This document shows, piece after piece, positions 63,688 through 64,000 of a stretch of DNA of 64,000 nt (within the stretch, counting starts at the first letter, position 1; each line of letters starts with the position of its first letter). The DNA is from Eledone cirrhosa (lineage: Eukaryota), in assembly GCA_964016885.1 (NCBI GenBank), contig OZ024740.1, forward strand, positions 352,904,001-352,968,000. The letters run 5' to 3'. Both the position numbers and the translations under genes were made by a program. The notes beneath the pieces were generated by a model. The model saw only the letters and a list, made by a program, of their open reading frames with translations, had not been told where the DNA came from and did not search any database.

Positions 63688-63708
63688 CAATGACAAGTGC
63701 CCAAGGGT
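63688..63708 (+). CDS. Candidate 21-nt phase-1/1 microexon
   Basis: ttcttgcttatatttttgcag|CAATGACAAGTGCCCAAGGGT|gtaagt; joins 50843..50882 to give MILKLLLIAVSVTTMTSAQG. Confidence 0.45.
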
Positions 63709-63818
63709 GTAAGTAATTATAACTTTATCATATATTATTATTACTATTATTGTTATAATTATTATTACAAATTTCACATCTATTTCCATCACATCTATTA
63801 TTATTATTAGTAGTATAA

Positions 63819-63965
63819 GGGCGGTGGATTGACAGTATCGGTAGAGAGTCGGACACGATGCTTTGCAGTATAGAGTCACGTCCCTTTATGGTCTGAGTTC
63901 AAATCCTGCCGAGGTTAACTTTGCCTTTCATCCTTACGGGGTTGATAAAATAAAGCACCAGTAAC
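63819..63965 (+). mobile_element. tRNA-derived SINE, 3'-truncated
   Basis: Head, B-box and core as in 15628..15820. Confidence 0.8.
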
Positions 63966-64000
63966 GTAGCCCATGGATGGATTTATCATATGACATAAAT

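Overview
Eukaryotic, AT-rich, repeat-saturated animal DNA. The Nin/Deu-domain tRNA-SINE and the microsatellite load suggest a mollusc, possibly a cephalopod (inference). Almost all coding signal is retrotransposon-derived: a head-to-tail array of Tx1/L1-clade LINEs (APE endonuclease + RT) tailed by (TCTA)n; R4/Dong-like RLE LINEs embedded in (TATG)n or (TAA)n; CRE-, RTE- and CR1-like fragments; and about ten Penelope-like element (PLE) pieces (RT and GIY-YIG, Neptune-like and Naiad-like) sitting in (TA)n with inverted pseudo-LTRs. Also present are a mariner relic, a hAT MITE with an 8-bp TSD and six SINE copies. The main hidden signal is about 20 type-I hammerhead ribozyme motifs read by eye on both strands. 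Most have palindromic stem III, several carry a compensatory U3-A8 core, and several have large structured stem-II insertions. Two non-coding, circularly permuted hammerhead-bearing units (about 668 nt and 423 nt) look like retrozymes. Three candidate host exons lie between the repeats: one C2/ferlin-like exon, and a signal-peptide exon plus a 21-nt microexon. All calls are by eye; no searches were run.
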